DNA of 64,000 nucleotides from Clarias gariepinus (Eukaryota): NCBI RefSeq assembly GCF_024256425.1, contig NC_071110.1, positions 2,380,274 to 2,444,273 of the forward strand, read 5' to 3'. Shown piece by piece: positions 61,587 to 64,000 of this stretch (position 1 is its first letter; each line of letters starts with the position of its first letter). The notes under the pieces were generated by a model. It saw only the letters and a program-made list of their open reading frames with translations, ran no database searches and was not told where the DNA came from. The position numbers and the translations under genes were made by a program.

Positions 61587-61719
61587 ATGAAGGAGAACCT
61601 TCAGTGTCTCCCGGTGTCTCTGTGTGAGCTGATTCAGCACAGTCTGATCAGGCTGAACTCTCAGTATGAAGGAACAGGACTCAGCTGGACCCTGGCTGCT
61701 CTGACCGTCAGCTCCACTG
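61587..61719 (+). CDS. tep1: tep1 exon 26
   Basis: Acceptor TTTCCAG at 61580-86 and donor GTATAA at 61720. It encodes MKENLQCLPVSLCELIQHSLIRLNSQYEGTGLSWTLAALTVSST and ends in phase 1. Read-through past the donor would add G-I-T-P-(His)9 and then a stop. Confidence 0.65.
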
Positions 61720-61867
61720 GTATAACTCCTCATCATCATCATCATCATCATCATCACTAATACATAATATACACAGTGGTTAAACAGTTATGGACATGTG
61801 AATATAATACAATAAAATGTACAGGCATTTTGTATTAGCATGTGTTCTGTTGCTCGTCTCTGCACAG

Positions 61868-62027
61868 GTCTGAAAGAGAGAGATCTCTACTTCCTGTTGA
61901 ACTTGTGCACTGATCTGAGCTCCACACACACCCCACTGAACTGGAAGGAAGCGATCAAACACGCCAGGAACCCAAAAACCATGGTGCCCATGGCCACGTT
62001 CTCTCAGCTGGCCCGAAACTTACAGAG
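61868..62027 (+). CDS. tep1: tep1 exon 27
   Basis: Acceptor TGCACAG at 61861-67 and donor GTAGTC at 62028. It encodes (G)LKERDLYFLLNLCTDLSSTHTPLNWKEAIKHARNPKTMVPMATFSQLARNLQ. Confidence 0.65.
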
Positions 62028-62363
62028 GTAGTCAGAGTTGTGCTGTGATTTATAACTAACGAATGAGACAATTGTCTTATAGTGAAATAAATTTTCTTGG
62101 GTGCTCTAGGAGAACACTTAATGTTTTTGCTGAGCTTTATGACACTGTGCTTTCAGACAAAGTAAAAAAAACGTTAAGGTTCTATGTAGAACCCCACCAA
62201 CAGTGTGTTTCCCAAATCTAATTAGCTCAAGTGGCACCATTTTAGGATGCTAAGAACACTTAATTATCTTGTATTTTTAAAAAATTTAGTATAGGTTTAT
62301 AGAAACCTCTAACGGTTCTTTCTTTTTTTTTTTTTTTTGGTGTTCTGTACTGTTCTGCTGCAG

Positions 62364-62497
62364 TCTGATTGGGTCATCTCTGTCTGTGGAACCGGATCAG
62401 TCCTTGGTTCTCACAAATCCAGATTTTCAATCAGCGTTTGAGCAACTTTACCTCTCTGATCCAGACGACAGAACCAGAGCGCACATGATTCTCGCAG
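62364..62497 (+). CDS. tep1: tep1 exon 28
   Basis: Acceptor CTGCTGCAG at 62355-63 and donor GTAGGA at 62498. It encodes (S)LIGSSLSVEPDQSLVLTNPDFQSAFEQLYLSDPDDRTRAHMILA. Confidence 0.6.
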
Positions 62498-62546
62498 GTA
62501 GGACAACATTTTATATTGTAGTCTTCACAAAGAGTGTAATAATAAC

Positions 62547-62577
<31 letters not shown>

Positions 62578-62597
62578 GTGTGTTTGTATTTTTGTAG

Positions 62598-62686
62598 CTT
62601 ACCTGTGGGTTCAGTCAGATCCTCATGGGCATGACACGTTCCTGCACTGTGACCCGGACACACTCGCACAGCTTCCTGCTCATCTG
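62598..62686 (+). CDS. tep1: tep1 exon 29
   Basis: Acceptor TTTTTGTAG at 62589-97 and donor GTCAGT at 62687. It encodes (A)YLWVQSDPHGHDTFLHCDPDTLAQLPAHL. Confidence 0.6.
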
Positions 62687-62776
62687 GTCAGTGTCTCTTC
62701 CTACTGACTCACACACTACTTTCACACCTTTCCACAGTTACAGAAAATCTCACCCCGTTTTTATTTTCATCTAAAG

Positions 62777-62891
62777 GTAAAGTCTCGTCAGTGGGAGCCG
62801 ATGCATTTCCTGCTTTGCAACTACTACTTCCTGTATGCTAATGTGCATCACGGACTTCTGCGCAGCCTGATGGAGAATTATGTTCTATATG
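62777..62891 (+). CDS. tep1: tep1 exon 30
   Basis: Acceptor CTAAAG at 62771-76 and donor GTAGGG at 62892. It encodes VKSRQWEPMHFLLCNYYFLYANVHHGLLRSLMENYVLY. Confidence 0.6.
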
Positions 62892-63264
62892 GTAGGGTTT
62901 TATAGCAATCCAACATTTTCAAGAGGTTAAAGAGTCCTGTATTAATGCATAAACACTTGACCCTGCCCGGTTATATTTTATGTTGTCCTTCCGGCCGTAG
63001 CCCCTTATTGATTTTTTTTCCCTACACTTTTACTAGAAAAGGGGAACGAATTAAACAAGCCACTCTGTCCTGAAGCATTCGGTACGTTCGTCTATGCCTC
63101 TTCATCTTAGCTGATGCATCCCAGAAATTTAGCTTCAGGTTTTTTTTGTTTTTTTGTCACACTGATGTTTACATGACCATATGTCATATATTAATAGTTA
63201 GCAGTAATATATCTGTACATATCAATACGATTTAACCCCATTATAAACATCGTCATCTCCACAG

Positions 63265-63472
63265 ATGGCTCAGACGAGGTTCTGGCTTGTCTTTCGTTCC
63301 TCAAGCGCCACGCCCCCCTCCTCTGTCATTGGCCAACTCTGTTTGTGCAGCAAGCCCTAAATGAACCAGATGCCTCAGCTGCTCATATCTGGGCTAAATG
63401 TGCAGTCGAGGAAGGAAACGTCCATGCTGTCAGATGGATGAACAAGTCCCAAGAATCCCGACAGGAATCTGG
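63265..63472 (+). CDS. tep1: tep1 exon 31 (pre-WD region)
   Basis: Acceptor CTCCACAG at 63257-64 and donor GTAGGA at 63473. It encodes (D)GSDEVLACLSFLKRHAPLLCHWPTLFVQQALNEPDASAAHIWAKCAVEEGNVHAVRWMNKSQESRQES. Confidence 0.65.
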
Positions 63473-63634
63473 GTAGGAATCACTCTATGCCCTCTGACTT
63501 ACCCCACTTTAATAAAAAAGAAACCAAATTTTTATATAAATGCTTTTAACAATTTGTTTACTGTTCAGATAACATTATTTTTGTTGTATATTATTTATTT
63601 GTCAGCAGTGTGTAATTCAGTGTTTGTAATTCAG

Positions 63635-63758
63635 CAGTGAGCTGGTTTCCACATTTCAGTGGACTCCATCGTGTGTGTCTCTGAGTCCTACTGGACGTTT
63701 CATGGCGGTGGGGACAGTATATGGTTCTCTCCATATCTACCATACTCACACTAACCAG
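63635..63758 (+). CDS. tep1: tep1 exon 32 (first WD40 repeat)
   Basis: Acceptor AATTCAG at 63628-34; the AG at 63658-59 is phase-incompatible. Donor GTAACA at 63759. It encodes (G)SELVSTFQWTPSCVSLSPTGRFMAVGTVYGSLHIYHTHTNQ, which has WD40-repeat character. Confidence 0.65.
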
Positions 63759-63870
63759 GTAACAGCCACAGCTCCATCCTCATCTCATTTCCTGTTAGGT
63801 ATATAATTATTGTAGAGAGAGAGACAATTTGATAATTCTCCTTTTTGTTGTTTTCTCTCTCTCACAAAAG

Positions 63871-64000
63871 GAAGTAAAGTCACTGATTAGTAATTGTGAT
63901 GGGATCTCAGGCTGTGTGTTTCTGGATGATTGTGTTCTGTGGTCAACCTCGTATGATGGCCAGGTGGAGGCGTGGGACATTAACAGTGGCTGCAGGTTAG
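63871..64000 (+). CDS. tep1: tep1 exon 33 (WD40; runs off the window edge)
   Basis: Acceptor CACAAAAG at 63863-70. It encodes EVKSLISNCDGISGCVFLDDCVLWSTSYDGQVEAWDINSGCR, with a WD-type ...AWD ending. The open frame continues to the window edge. Confidence 0.7.

Noticed and set aside
61494-61757. Minus-strand ORF beginning with nine methionines (MMMMMMMMM)
   Set aside because: It is the reverse complement of the (CAT)n repeat next to exon 26, and it overlaps tep1 exon 26 antisense. Not a gene.
1-64000. Possibility that the window contains a prokaryotic or phage defence system or other operon-type novel system
   Set aside because: The sequence has vertebrate hallmarks throughout: spliceosomal introns, SINEs and LINEs, microsatellites, and no dense co-directional ORF packing. 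The only NTPase/STAND-like protein is the eukaryotic NACHT domain of tep1. The long intact ORFs belong to retrotransposons.

Overview
This window is vertebrate nuclear DNA, not prokaryotic. It looks like a teleost, most likely a cyprinid or Danio-like genome. Evidence: GT-AG introns, DANA-like tRNA-derived SINEs, Tc1-like elements with CAGTGGTGTGAAAA-type inverted ends, and many microsatellites. It contains no operons, CRISPR arrays or defence-island structure, and I did not find a novel prokaryotic system. The window has two parts. (1) About 0-34 kb is a transposable-element graveyard. It holds a degenerate Harbinger/PIF DNA transposon; a 3'-truncated BEL/Pao LTR retrotransposon carrying a SINE-like insertion; an apparently intact Ty3/Gypsy LTR retrotransposon whose 5' LTR is split by a full-length I-clade LINE; and a large foldback (palindromic) repeat whose inverted arm is split by a second, L2/CR1-like LINE. 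(2) About 34.4-64 kb is the 5' two-thirds of a large + strand gene that I identify as tep1 (telomerase-associated protein 1, the TROVE/NACHT/WD40 vault component). I built a 33-exon model by hand. Codon phase is consistent across all 32 exon junctions I placed, and every intron starts with GT and ends with AG. The exons encode, in order: N-terminal repeats; a TROVE domain (FPFRFLSAY and MAMLRNLRNM motifs); a vWA-like segment; a DUF4062-like block ([15 protein letters not shown]); a NACHT P-loop NTPase (GGAGVGKTT Walker A and LLIDGADL Walker B); and the first WD40 repeats. The gene runs off the 3' end of the window. Its introns carry a Tc1-like transposon, Tc1 and LINE reverse-transcriptase fragments, DANA-like SINEs, a tandem array of about 1.1-kb units with CpG-rich cores and a perfect 65-bp-arm palindrome, and many microsatellites that sit directly against splice sites. 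All domain calls rest on my reading of the translations. No database search was possible.
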